In this document: one piece after another, positions 39,918-52,500 of the stretch | Position numbering within the stretch: the stretch's first letter is position 1 | How the letters are laid out: the number at the start of each line of letters is the position of its first letter | From: Paraspadella gotoi | Lineage: Eukaryota; Animalia; Chaetognatha | Direction: 5' to 3' | Assembly: GCA_051294375.1 (NCBI GenBank) | Contig: CM119264.1 | Coordinates: 4,303,392-4,367,391, forward strand | DNA length: 64,000 nucleotides | Made by a program: the position numbers and the translations under genes | The notes under the pieces: model-generated | The model's input: only the letters and a program-made list of their open reading frames with translations | Database searches by the model: none | What the model was told of the DNA's origin: nothing

Positions 39918-40272
39918 ATCCCTAATCCTTAATCCCTAATCCCTAATCCCTAATCCTTAATCCTTAATCCTTAATCCATAATTCTTAATCTGTAATCCTT
40001 CATACTTAATCTCTAATCCTTCATCATTAATCTCTAATCCTTCATACTTAATCTCTAATCCTTCATCCTTCATCTTTAATCCCGAATCCTTAATCCCTAA
40101 TCCTTAATCCCTAATCCCTAATCCCTAATCCCTAATCCTTAATCCTTAATCCCTAATCCTTAATACATAATCTTTAATCCTTTATTCCTAATCCCTAATC
40201 CTTAATGCTTAATCTCTAATCCTTTATCCTTAATCTCTAATCCTTAATACTTAATCTTTAATCCTTCATCCT
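39918..40272. repeat. 7-mer satellite (TAATCCC/TAATCCT)n, telomere-like
   Basis: About 50 degenerate heptamers; the reverse complement is (TTAGGGA/TTAAGGA)n. Confidence 0.9.
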
Positions 40273-40379
40273 TTTAAGGCGAAACTCGCGCGATTTGTTA
40301 CGGAGTCTTCGCCGCCCGTTGGAGCCAGACTTCTTTCTGCAGACGAGAGTTTAGAGATTCCTGAATAATGAATCCTTAT

Positions 40380-40860
40380 CTCACCTCTCTTTGTCTTTGC
40401 CAGCCAAAGAGAAAAAGGATAAAAAGGGAAATGAGAGATAGATAAGGAGGCACCATCTCTATTGTCTTGCCCAGCCAAGAGAAAAAGGAGTGGGGTGAGA
40501 GAAGAGAAGGAGCACCTCTCTTTGTTTGCAGCCAAAGAAGAAAAGGATGGGGTGAGAGAAGGAAGGAGCACCTCTCTTTGTCTTTGCCAGCCAAGAGAAA
40601 AAGGAGTGGGTGAGAGAAGAGAAGGAGCACCTCTTCTTTGTCTTTGCCAGCCAAAGAGAAAAAGAAGTGGAGTGAGAGAAAGAAGGAGCACCTCTCTTTG
40701 TCTTTGCCTAGCCAAAGAGGGGAAAAAGCGGAGTTGGGAGTGAGAGAAGAGAAGGAGCAACTCTCTCTTTGGTCTTGAGCACGCCAAAAGAAAAGAGGAC
40801 AGTGGAGTGAGAGATAAGACCGGGAGCACCTCTTTTTGGGTCTTGCCAAAAAGGAAAAGA
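40380..40860. repeat. ~62-bp minisatellite x ~8
   Basis: Unit gagcacctctctttgtctttgccagccaaagagaaaaaggagtggggtgagagaagagaag. Confidence 0.9.
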
Positions 40861-41629
40861 AAAAATAAAAGTAAAATAAAGAGAAAAAAAGAGCAACTTT
40901 TTTTTGCCAGGAAATTGGAAAAGAGTGAAAATACAATTAGAGAAAAACGGGTGAAAAAATAAAGAAGAAAATATAGGAAAGAGAGTGTGAAAGAAAGAAG
41001 AAAGTTGAGGAAAAGAGTGGAAAGAAAAGTATATATTAGTAAGGAAAGAAGGTGGAAAGAAAGAAAAAGAAAAGAAAGTAGGAAAGGAGAGGTGAAAGAA
41101 AGAAGAAAAGAAAGAAGTATAGAAAGATAGGTGGAAAGAAAGAAGAAGAAACAAGAAGAAAGTAAAGGAAAGAGAGGTGGACAGAAAAAAGAAAAGAAAG
41201 TAAGAAAAGTAGAGGAAAGAGAGGTGGAAAGAAAGAAAAAAGAAAAAATCTAAAAAGAGAGGTTGGAAAGAAGAACTAGGAAGAAGAGGAGTTGTCCGCT
41301 GAATTATAGTAAATAGGAATATAAAATGAAATAAAGTGGTGGGGAGAAAATTAAGAAAAAGTTAAATGGTCCAAAAGAAATAAAAAATGTATCAAGGAAA
41401 AATAGAAGACAAAATGAAAACTTCGGAATAAAGATAAGAATGAAAGAAAAAAATAGGGCAAATATAAAATGGGAAAAAGAAAGAAAAAAGAAAAGAGAAT
41501 AAAAAAGAAAAAAAAAGATAAAGAAATCGAATCATGTAAGTTTTATCGCCCTTTTTTAGACGCCCTCTGACAATCGGGTTGGATCCACGCCAACAAAAGC
41601 ACGTTTCTCGCTCTTCTCTCTCTCGTCTT

Positions 41630-41671
<42 letters not shown>

Positions 41672-43663
41672 CTCCTTCTCGTTTTCATTTTCAATTCCTG
41701 CATTACATGTTTAAGCATGATTGCGCCAAAGTTAACAATTTTTTATTCCAGATCGAGTCCTCGGTTTAATAATTAATACATAATTGTACATAATTCCCAA
41801 GGACACTTTCTTCCCGAGATTATTTACGCTGAAAAAAACTTCGACGATTCTTCCTTTACTTTAGTCTTTTTGACTTTATTTCCTCTAATTTCCTTTTTTT
41901 CTTTTCCAGAAAGAACCGATAGGTTTCGCCATCATGCACCGTTTCCTCATCATTTCTCCTCATCCTCCTCCCCCTCCTCCCGGAGATCCAGGCTCGAGTC
42001 CAGGGTTTAGGTTTTCCATTCACACTCTTTTCTCTCTTTCTCTCTCACCGTCCCTCTCCCGTTCAGTCTCTGTTACCATTTTTTTTACCGCCGATTTAGC
42101 CGCTTACATTATATTTTCCTTTCCCACCATTTTCCCCCGTCTTTACTTACCTAGATTTCAGTCAGACTTACCCGACCTTAGTTAGAGTTTTCTTCTTTAT
42201 TCTTACTTTCTTTTCTCTTTAACTTTTTCTAGTCATTTTTCTTTTCTTTTTTTTCCTTTTTTTCTATTTTCTTTCCTTTTTCTTTTCTCTTTATCTTTTC
42301 TCTTCTTTTTTTCTTTTCTTTTTTCCTTCCTTTTTCTTTTCTCTTTTCTCTTCTTTTTTTTCTTTCCTTTTTCTTTTCTCTTTTTCTTTTCTCTTTTTCT
42401 TTTCATTTTTTCTTTCCTTTTTCTTTTCTTTTTTTCTTTTCTCTTCTTTTTTTCTTTTCTTTTTTCCTTCCTTTTTCTTTTCTTTTTTCTCATCTTTTTT
42501 TCTTTCCTTTTTCTTTTCTCCTTTTCTTTTCTTTTTTTTTTCTTTCTTTTTTCTTTTCTCTTTTTCTTTTCTCTTCTCTACTTTTTTTCTTTCCTTTTTC
42601 TTTTCTCTTCTTTTTTTCTTTTCTTTTTTCCTTCCTTTTTCTTTTCTACTTTCTTTTATTTTTTTCTTTCCTTTTTCTTTTCTCTTTTTCTTTTCTTTTT
42701 TTTTCCTTTTTCTTTTCTATTTTTCTTTTCCTTCTCTTCTTTTCTCTTCCCTCAAATACCTTCCCAATCTCTCACACGCTTCCTTCTTTTTTTATCCTTT
42801 TTCCTAAATCCTTTTTCCAATCTTCCTATATTTTATCTCTCGCATTGTTTTCGATCTCGCTCTTTCCTTCTCTTTCTCCTTTTCATTTTTAATCTATTTA
42901 TTTCTCTTTTTTTTTCGTTTTACCTTCTCTTTCTACTTCTACTCGAACTCCATCTCAATTCTCTTCCTCTCTCTTCCTATCTCTTCTTTTCTCTTTTATC
43001 TTCTCTCTCTCCTTCTCCTTCCTCCTCATTCACTCTCTCCTCTTCCTCCCTCCCTCCTCCTTATAAACTTTCTCCTCTTCCTCCCTCCTCATTCACTCTC
43101 TCCTCTTCCTCCCTCCCTCCTCCTTTCTTCTCCCGTCGTCGCCTCTTTTCTTTCTCTTCTTCTTCCCTTTTTCTCATTTTCTAGAATTTAATAGGAAAAA
43201 AAATACGTAAAACAACAGAAAAGAAAAGGAAAAAAAGTAAAGGACGCCCGAAAATCAAAAAAGAAAAGGAAAAAACTAAAGGCATCTCACAGTATTTCTT
43301 CTCTACTTCCGTTTTTCCTCCTTTGTGTTTGTTATTCTTATACCTCCTATTTTTTTTTTCTATCCCTTTTTCCCCGCCTTTACCCTTCGCCAAACCCCCC
43401 CTCCCCCCCCCATCTTTATTCATTGGCTCGGCAGAGAGATTTCGCAGAGGAGATTTCGCGGCCTGAATTAGAGGAGAGTAAAGATTGACTTTTTTTTTCA
43501 TTCCAGACTGCTGCATCCCACCCGAGGCTCTCGAATCCCACCCATCCTGATCGCCACTTATCAAGTGACACCACCCTTGCATCTTGCCAAACCTTCTTTA
43601 CGATTTGACCGACTTTTCTAAAGCGGAAGAAAATTCCAGCCAACTTAACTGAATAATTCGTCC

Positions 43664-43742
43664 AGGTCAATTAGGTCAATTCGGTCAATTAGGTCAATTA
43701 GGTCAATTAGGTCAATTAGGTCAATTAGGTCAATTAGGTCAA
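43664..43742. repeat. (AGGTCAATT)n 9-mer array (duplicate at ~47468-47560)
   Basis: About 9 near-perfect units. Confidence 0.95.
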
Positions 43743-44084
43743 AGCGATTGATTTACTTGAGCCAGGTCATTTACGCTTCCTTTATCTTTTAAATTGTTTA
43801 AAATGTTTTTTCCTATGTTAATAAAAATATTTTCAAAATACAAATTTCATTAAACGCTCATTTTAGTCCATTCAAAAGTGTTCACTTTGATAACAGCCAT
43901 TTAAATTTAAATTCAATCTCTTCAGAATTCCATGTTATTTTTTTAATTACTACGACATCTTTTTCAAATCTATTGCATAATATAAATATAAATATAAATA
44001 TAAATCTATTGCCATAATAACGCAACTCCACTGCCCAAAATAAAACCCTTACGTTGCGACCCTTATTGTCACCATCCCGCCACT

Positions 44085-44632
44085 CTCTTTGCCACCTTCC
44101 TGCCACTTTTCTGCTGCCCCATTCACCACCCTGCGCCACTTTTTTGCCAACCTCTCGCCACCCAATTTTTCACCCCCTTGCCTCCCGCATTGCCACCTTC
44201 CTGTCACCCCAATTTTCTCCATCCCTCTACCCAAAATTGCGACCCAGTCACCTCCGACCACCCCCATTGCCACTCTCCCACCACCGCAAATTGTCAGCCT
44301 CCTCTCCACGTCAAATTGCCACTTTCCCTCTACCCAAAATTGCCACACTCCCCAAAACTCGAAATTGCCACTCTCCCCNNNNNNNNNNNNNNNNNNNNNN
44401 NNNNNNNNNNNNNNNNNNNNNNNNNNNNNNNNNNNNNNNNNNNNNNNNNNNNNNNNNNNNNNNNNNNNNNNNNNNNNNNNNNNNNNNNNNNNNNNNNNNN
44501 NNNNNNNNNNNNNNNNNNNNNNNNNNNNNNNNNNNNNNNNNNNNNNNNNNNNNNNNNNNNNNNNNNNNNNNNNNNNNNNNNNNNNNNNNNNCCCAAATTG
44601 CCACTCTCCCCTCCACCCCAAATTGCCACTCG
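44085..44632. repeat. ~23-25-bp minisatellite (aattgccactctcccctccacccca); duplicate at ~47920-48460
   Basis: Directly visible; the second copy spans the N gap of the first. Confidence 0.85.
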
Positions 44633-45020
44633 CCTCGGATGATTAATTGACTCTGGGGATGAAATTCACTGATTGCGAATTTTTTTCTAGAGGTTTTTCT
44701 TTTTTCTTTTTTTCTTTTTTCTTTTTTCTTTTTNNNNNNNNNNNNNNNNNNNNNNNNNNNNNNNNNNNNNNNNNNNNNNNNNNNNNNNNNNNNNNNNNNN
44801 NNNNNNNNNNNNNNNNNNNNNNNNNNNNNNNNNNNNNNNNNNNNNNNNNNNNNNNNNNNNNNNNNNNNNNNNNNNNNNNNNNNNNNNNNNNNNNNNNNNN
44901 NNNNNNNNNNNNNNNNNNNNNNNNNNNNNNNNNNNNNNNNNNNNNNNNNNNNNNNNNNNNNNNNNNNNNNNNNNNNNNNNNNNNNNNNNNNNNNNNNNNN
45001 NNNNNNNNNNNNNNNNNNNN

Positions 45021-45056
<36 letters not shown>

Positions 45057-45551
45057 AACGAGGCTTCTTTTCTCTTTCCGAATTCCTTTTTAATCTTTCC
45101 GGCGACGACTCTAACTCTTTTTTTTTTCGTCTCGTCTTTCTTTTCACAAAATTGTTGTTAACTCTTTTCGGAAACTACTGTAGGGACGTCTTCTTAGACC
45201 TTTATTTGTTTTAAATTCTTTTGTCGTTGTTATACAATTCAAACATTCTTCGAAACATAATACCACTTAATTGATAGGGAAGCCAGGTTCTCTGGGAGTG
45301 AATAAACGAGACTGTGAGAGAGTCTTGATTGAAAGCTTGCAGGGACCTGCTATGTCATTATCTTGTAAGAGTGATGGAGGCCTTAAACCACCAAAGCCTG
45401 TCCAAAGTCAGGGGCAAGATAGCTTATTTATTACATGCATGGATGATTTTTATGAAATTGGTAGTATTGCTCCAATTTCATACGTATATCTTTGTAGTTG
45501 TTATCACATTTTGTTCATATCGAATTTATCAATTCTTATCGACTATTCGAA
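45021..45551. repeat. Block duplicated at ~60875-61512
   Basis: (TC)n-ctttccgaattcc...taccactt...agccaggttctctg...agagtgatggaggcc...gactattcgaa present in both places. Confidence 0.88.
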
Positions 45552-46209
45552 GGTAGAATAAATTATTTTTGATTTATTTTCGTCCCTAATGACNNNNNNN
45601 NNNNNNNNNNNNNNNNNNGCTTTCCTCATCATTTGCTCCCCTCTCCTCCTCCCCCCTCCCTCCCGGGCATATCCCATGCCGCGTCGGATCAGTGCGGTTT
45701 AGGCCTCCTCCCTTCTACTGATGTTTTCATTCCACACTTCTTTTCTCCCTCTTTCTTCTCTCACCGCTCCTCTTCCTTCCGGTCCTCTTCGTTACCACTT
45801 TTCCATGATTTTACCCGCGATTTTTTCTAGCCTCCCTACGCTCCATCCTTATCATTGAGTAGTTTCGCTTCGTCCTACACCCATTTTCCTCCCGTCTTAC
45901 ATAGCACCTTACCTACGATTTTCAGTCAAACGTCTTACCCTAGACAGCCTTCGCAAGTTCCATGCTCGTTAAGAGTTTTCTCTTTTCTTTACTTTTCCTT
46001 TCTCTCTTTAACTTTTTCTTAGTCATTTTTCTTTTCTTTTTTTTCCTTCTTTTTCTATTTTCTTTCCTTTTTCTTTCTCTTTACTTTTTCTTTCTCTTTT
46101 TTCTTTCTTTCTTTTCCTTCCTTTTCTTTTTTCTCTTTCGTCTTCCTTTTTTCTTCCTTTTTCTTTCTCTTTTTCTTTCTCTTTTTCTTTTCTTTTTTTT
46201 CCTTTTTCT

Positions 46210-46241
<32 letters not shown>

Positions 46242-48804
46242 CCTTCCTTTTCTTTCTTTTTTCTCATCTTTTTTTTTCTTTCCCTTTTTTCTTTTCTCCT
46301 TTTCTTTCTTTTTTTTTCTTTCTTTTCTTTCTTCTTTTTTCTTTTCTCTTCTCTACTTTTTTCTTTCCTTTTTTCTGTTTCTCGTTCTTTTTTTCTTTTC
46401 TTTTTTCCTCTTTTTCTTTCTACTTTCTTTTATTTTTTTCTCTTTCTTTTTCTTTCTCTTTTTCTTTTCCTTTTTTTTTCCTTTTTCTTTTATCTTTTCT
46501 TTTTCTCTCTTCTATTCTCTTCCCTCAAATTACCTTCCCAATCTCGTTCCATCACCGCTTCCTTCTTTTTTTATCTTTTTCTAAATCCCTCTTTTCCAAT
46601 TTCCTATATTTTATCTCTCGCATTTGTTTCGATCTCGTCTCTTTTCCTTCTCTTTCTCCTTTCATTTAATCTATTTATTTCTCTTTTTTTTTCTTTTTTT
46701 AGCCTTCTTTCTTTCTACTTCTACTCGAAAACTTCCATTTCAATTCTCTTCCTCTTCTTCCCATTCTCTTCTTTTTCTTTTGATCTTTCTCTTCTACTCC
46801 TTCTCCTTTTCCTCCTCATTCACTCTCTCCTCTCCTCCCTCCCTCCTCCTTTATAAACTTTCTCCTCTTCCTCCCTCCTCATTCACTCTCTTCCTCTTCC
46901 TCCCTCCCTCCTTCCTTTCTTTCTCCCTCTCCGCCTCTATTTCTTCTTCTTTTCTTCCCTTTTTCTCATTCTGAACTTTAATAGCGAAAACAAAATACGG
47001 CTAAAAAACAGACCAAAGCAACAAGAAAAAAGTAAAGACCGCAAAAAAAAAAATAAAGAAAAGGAAAAACTAAGGGGAAAAATCGTCCTTTTCTCTCTTC
47101 TTCGTTTTATTCCTCCTTTGTGCCTTTGTTTTTCTTTCTCCTATTTTTTTCCTTCCCTTTTTTCCCCGCCTTTCCCTTCGCCACTCCCCTTACTTCTTTT
47201 TCAATTGGCCTCGGCAGAGGAGATTTTCGGCAGAGGAGATTTTCTGCTGGCGAATAGAGGCAGGAGTAAAAAGGAAGATTGCTTTTTTTTTCATTCAGAC
47301 TGCTGCTCCCATCCCACCCGAAGGCTCCGAATCCCAACCCATCCTGATCGCCATTATGTTCAAGGTGGACACCACCCTTGCATCTTGCCAAACCTTCTTT
47401 ACGAATTTGACCGACTTTTCTAAAAGCGGAAGAAAATTCCAGCCAAACTTAACTGAATAATTCGTCCAGGTCAATTAGGTCAAATTCGGTCATAATTAAA
47501 GGTCAATTAGGTTCATATTAGGTCAATTAGGTCAATTAGGTCAATTAAGGTCAATAGGTCAGCGTATTGATTACTTGATGGCAGGTTCATTTTACGCTTC
47601 CTTTACTTTTTAAAATGTTTAAAATGTTTTTTTCCCTATGTAATAAAAAATATTTTCAAAAAAACAATTTCAATTAAACGCTCATTTTAGTTCATTCAAA
47701 AGCTGTTCACTTTGATAAACAGCCATTTAAAATTTAAAATTCAATCTCTTCAAATTCCATGTTAATTTTTTTAATTACTACCGACAATCTTTTTCAAAAT
47801 TATTGCATAATAATATAATATAAATATAAATATATATCTATTTGCCTAATAACGCAACTCCACTGCCCCAAAAATAAACCCCTTACGTGCGACCCTTAAT
47901 TGTCACCATCCCGCCACCTCTTTGCCACCTTCCTGCCACTTTTCTGCTGCCCAATTCACCACCCCTGCGCACTTTTTGCCAACTTCGCCACCCAATTTTT
48001 TCACCCCCTGCCTCCCGCATTTGCACCTTCCTGTCACCCACATATTTCTCCTTCCCTCTACCCAAAATTGCGACCCAGTCACCTCGACCTACCCCATTGG
48101 CCACTCTCCCACCACCGCAATTGTCAGCGCTTCCTCTCCACGTCAAAATTGCCAACTTTTCCCTCTACCTCAAAATTGCCAACACTCCCCAAACTCGAAT
48201 TGCCACTCTCCCCTTCAACCCCAGTACCACTTTCCCTTCACCCCGAATTGCTACAGCCCCCTAAACTCGAAATTGCCACTACTCCCCTCCCCAGCAAATT
48301 GCCACTCTCCCTACACCCCAAATTTGCCAACTGCTCCCTTTCCACCCCAAATTGCCACTCTCCCCTCATGCCCATTACCACTTTCCCTCCACCCCACAAT
48401 TGCCGACTCTCCCCTTCCACCCAATTGCCCACTCTCCCCTCCACGCCTGCAAAGTTGGCCGAGCTCCGCTCGGATGATTAATTGACTCTGGTGGATGAAA
48501 TTCACTGATGCGAATTTTTTTTAGAGGTTTTTCTCTTTTTCTTTTTTTCTTTTTTCTTTTTTTTTTTTCTTTTTTCTTTTTTTCTTTTTTCTTTTTCTAT
48601 TTCTTTTCTCTTTTTTCTTCCTTCTTTTTTCTTTCTTTTTTCTTTTTTTTCTTTTTTTCTGTTTTTTTCTTTTTTACTTTTTTTCTTTTTTTTCACTTTT
48701 TTCCTTTTTTTTCTTTTTTTCCTTTTTTCTCTTTTTTTTTGCTCATTGTTTACGAAATAACTATCTTTAAAATATTTCGAGTAAAATCCAGCTTCTCTTG
48801 CCTT

Positions 48805-49551
48805 TTCCCCGTTGCCTCTTTTGCCTCTTTATTACTGACAATCGAAATGGCTTACCGTACTCTTAGCGATCGACACGACATCTTTAGGCTCTCTCTTTTG
48901 TTTTCTACTTAAGTACAGAATTCCGAAGGCAGTGTACAGCTGATTCTTATGGTAGCCCCGTTTGATTTCGATTAGAAGATTTCGTTAAGATTCTTATCGA
49001 ATTACTATCCACGTTGCATCTTCAGATTCAAGTATGTCACTGGGTTTTTTAGTTCTTTTTCAGAGCATAGAAACTCTTTCAGAATATTTCTCGGGAATCT
49101 TGTAAATTTTTTTGTGTATCGCTGTTGGTGGACTTTTCTTATGAAGGAGAAGCATCTCTTTTTGTGATATTATTGGCTTCAGAAAACAAGTAAGAAAGAC
49201 AACTTTCGAAATTATATATATTTTGCTGAGTTTGTACTAATGTTTTGTTATTCTTTGCCCAGGACTTTCTAACCCTAAAAAAGCTTACCAAGCCTACCGT
49301 CAACGGACTTTACAAGCTACTTGCTACAACATTTTGTCAAGTCCTGAGGCTTCGTAGATCTCCGGTCTTTCGCCTTTAGCCAGTCCTCTACCGATACTTT
49401 GTCGTCGTCATCTCCAGGGAGTCTTGACCGGCGGCCATCGTCTCTTCTGCCGCCATTTATACCCGGATTCATCTGGTTTTTGAATGCGCAGAATTAGTCC
49501 GTCAGTTAGAATTCAAAGACAGCCACTTCGTCCGAACTTAGTTTCAATACA
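48805..49551. repeat. Left copy of terminal direct repeat
   Basis: ttccccgtt...ctttaggctctctcttttg...gtcactgggtttttt...gggagtcttgaccggc...gtcagttagaattcaa...caataca; colinear with 60043-60776. Confidence 0.9.
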
Positions 49552-52500
49552 TTAGAATCTCGTTTGCGGGAACCTCGGCTAAGTGCTTCGTCCGAAGGCT
49601 CTCTAAACCTCAACGGTATCTTCGGGATCGTTGGGAACGAAGATCCACCTGCGTCGATCTCTAGTGTCGAACGAGTCGACGTTTCCATTCAATCGAGGTC
49701 CGCAACGCCTTCGACGACGTAAGGATCGGGGCGCCTTCAGGACTGCTTTCATTGCGATTAGGGATCCTCGATCTTAGCGACGACGCCGTCATTCGTCTGT
49801 AGTATACTTTGTCGGAACTCGTCATCGGCTTCCTTCTCGAAACTTGGCAGTGAGATTGAAGTCCGGTTTCGACTTTGTTTAGTTTCTTCGTCTTTTGCGT
49901 TTTTTTGGCTGCCACCGAACTTATCGCGAAGCCTTCCTTCGACTTCACGCCATCTTTTTGCCATCGCCGGGACGAAATAGGAATGGGAAGAAGTAAGCGC
50001 GCCAGGCAATCAAAAATGCCGTCGAGGAAGCTAGTGCCGAAAGCCTTCATGGGAACTCCCCTTTCAGGCGTCTGTTTGTTTGACGTCGCCGTTCGTTTGT
50101 AAGACGAGGTTTTGCTCGCCTCTAGTGCGGCGAAAGAGAGGGATATTCGAATTTCTTCAAGACGACCGGCTGAAACCTCTTCCCAAACTTAAGCATTCCG
50201 AGATATGACAAACCCTTCTTCACGGCGGAAATGACTCTATTCACCGCACGAGTCAGACCCTTCAGGATTGCAACGTCTTCTACGCAACCTCAAACGTCGA
50301 ACCAGGTGGGTGGAGCTCAAGCGATTTTTACGATCGCGCCAAAGTGCCGCCCCGACGGAAGAAACATCGCGAGAGAGGCCAACGCGGGATCTCAGATTAC
50401 GCATTAAAGGCAATTTTGTGAAGTCGCCGTTCCACCGATAACAGACGGTAGATGGTCAATGACCGAGGCGTTGGAAGCTTTTGTGGAAGCGCCTCGATCG
50501 CCTCAGCAACATCCTTGGACATTGCCGTTCAACTCGACTTCGCGGGTTCAATTTCTTATATCGACAAAATGTTTTCAATCGGTTTGGAAAGACATTACGT
50601 CAGACAGGACGCTCCGTCATCCGCCGCAGCACGGGATTGAATACGATGCAGAAGGAATCGGTAACTTAACGCCCAACCTTTGTCTTTCAGCTGCAAACCA
50701 TCCCGACGACTACACGTTGCGTCCAAACCGACCATTATCGTCCCTCGTCCACCGGGACTCTGAAGATGACGCGAATCTCCATCAACGCTCCGTCAATATT
50801 TTCCGTTTGACGCCGTTCCTGGCGTTGTCGGATATCAGCGCACTGAGAGAATAACAACTATTCTCACCAAAACAATCGACGACGAAGTAGTGATGCGTCG
50901 GCCCAGGAGGTGCCGGCAGGGTTCTGTTTGCGGTGCTTGGCGTGCGCAGCAGGGGACCGTCGAGGACGCCCAGGGCCGACGTCGTCACATTATATCTGGA
51001 TACGAGCGAGAAACAGGAGTCTTCATCAAACCATTCAATTTTGTCGCCACATTGAGAATACAGAGAAGGTGGCTCGATTATTGTGAGCGTTCTCGCGTCG
51101 GCGTCCGATTGGGGTTGCGCAGCAGGATATTTGTACGCTTTCGACTCTCATGGTCTATCGGATTAGTATTGAGAGAGTTGTGTCGAAATCGGCGAGAGAA
51201 CGACGTGTGTACTCGTTGCCCGCCGTTAAGCACAAGTCGGCGAGACATGGAAAGAATTGAGAGAAGAAGTGAGATTTGCACGCAGGCCGTAGTACGAGTT
51301 CTTGGCGAAGTCGAGAATGACCTGTTTTCAACGTCATTTGCGCCTTAACTCGCGTACGGCTAGTGGTCGAGGCTCAGTCTCTCTCCCCCCGTTCTTGAGC
51401 CCTCTTCTCCCACAGCTCGTCAACCGTCTTCACACTCCAATTCTCGTCGTATGATTCGGACGATTCACTGCCATGAATCGCCTACGTCTCATTCAAGTCG
51501 GCGTCAATGCGTCGAACGGACTCTGTGATCAGTCATTCGTCGGACACCGACCTGATGCGAGGCGGCGGCGGGCGTTGGAACGGGAACGATGGCGTTCCGC
51601 CTTTTGCCGCTGATCCGACCAAGTCGCAGTTCTTTCGCCATGGAGTTTTTGCGCGACGCGTTAAGGGAACTCTTTCAATTGAAGAATTGGCGTGTTCGTG
51701 AGGCGTCGAGAACAGGGGAGTTGAATCCTCCCCCAGTTCCACGCCTTGCTTTGCCTGCCGGCGTTCTTGCCGCTGCGGCTGTTTTGACCGCCGAAAGCGC
51801 GGCCTTCAATTTCAACGAGACGTTCTCGCCGAATTTTTGCGCTTCAAAGTCTTCTGTCGCCTCAAGGCAATCAAACGGCGTATCCTCTGATGCGGCGCCG
51901 TTCGAGGAGCCTATCGTTCGGCTCCGCTGGCAATGGCGACGGGAGTTATTTTGGAGATTCAGCTCAAAACGCTCGCCTACCAAATGCTTCGAGCAGGCAG
52001 CGCCCAAAGATCCGAAGGTACGACGAACTTCGTCGCGTTTAGACTTTGAGCGCCAACTTTCGCGCATTATTTAACGGTTCAGCCAGTTCTGCGCGTTGGA
52101 GGGGCGCTACGGATCCAATGAGTTCGAAGGGCTTTCTCATCTGGTTCGTACGGCTCTTCCCAAAAGCGCCAATCGAACAGATTTTCTACTCGATTACGAC
52201 GCATACCGCGGCTTTAGCGACGCCTTGGCGTTCTCAGAGAAAGTGGGGAATAGAGCGGACGACGCGGACGAAATGATTGACAGATCCTCCGCGGCCCAAA
52301 GGCTCGATCGAAAGGGACTCAGCGGCGTTTCATCATTGGTTCTTCTGGTCACTTTGCAGCAGGGTGTACGACCTCGGCGAAGGAGCGGGCCGACTTGAGA
52401 CTCGACCGTTCGCGTGATGATGGATCTGCTCTCAACGATGCCACACCTTTCAGAGCCTAAGTGGGGCGAAAAAAAATGGTTTATTTTTAGACAGAATCAT

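Larger units (their letters stand above)
41930..48565. repeat. ~2.8-kb duplicated block (about 41930-44733 versus 45619-48565)
   Basis: Shared order of pyrimidine tract, catcttgccaaaccttcttt, (AGGTCAATT)n and aattgccactctccc minisatellite. The second copy is noisier and starts after a 25-N gap. Confidence 0.9.

Noticed and set aside
40380-40860. CRISPR-like periodic array
   Set aside because: The whole unit repeats with no unique spacers, in a eukaryotic context with no cas genes; it is a minisatellite.
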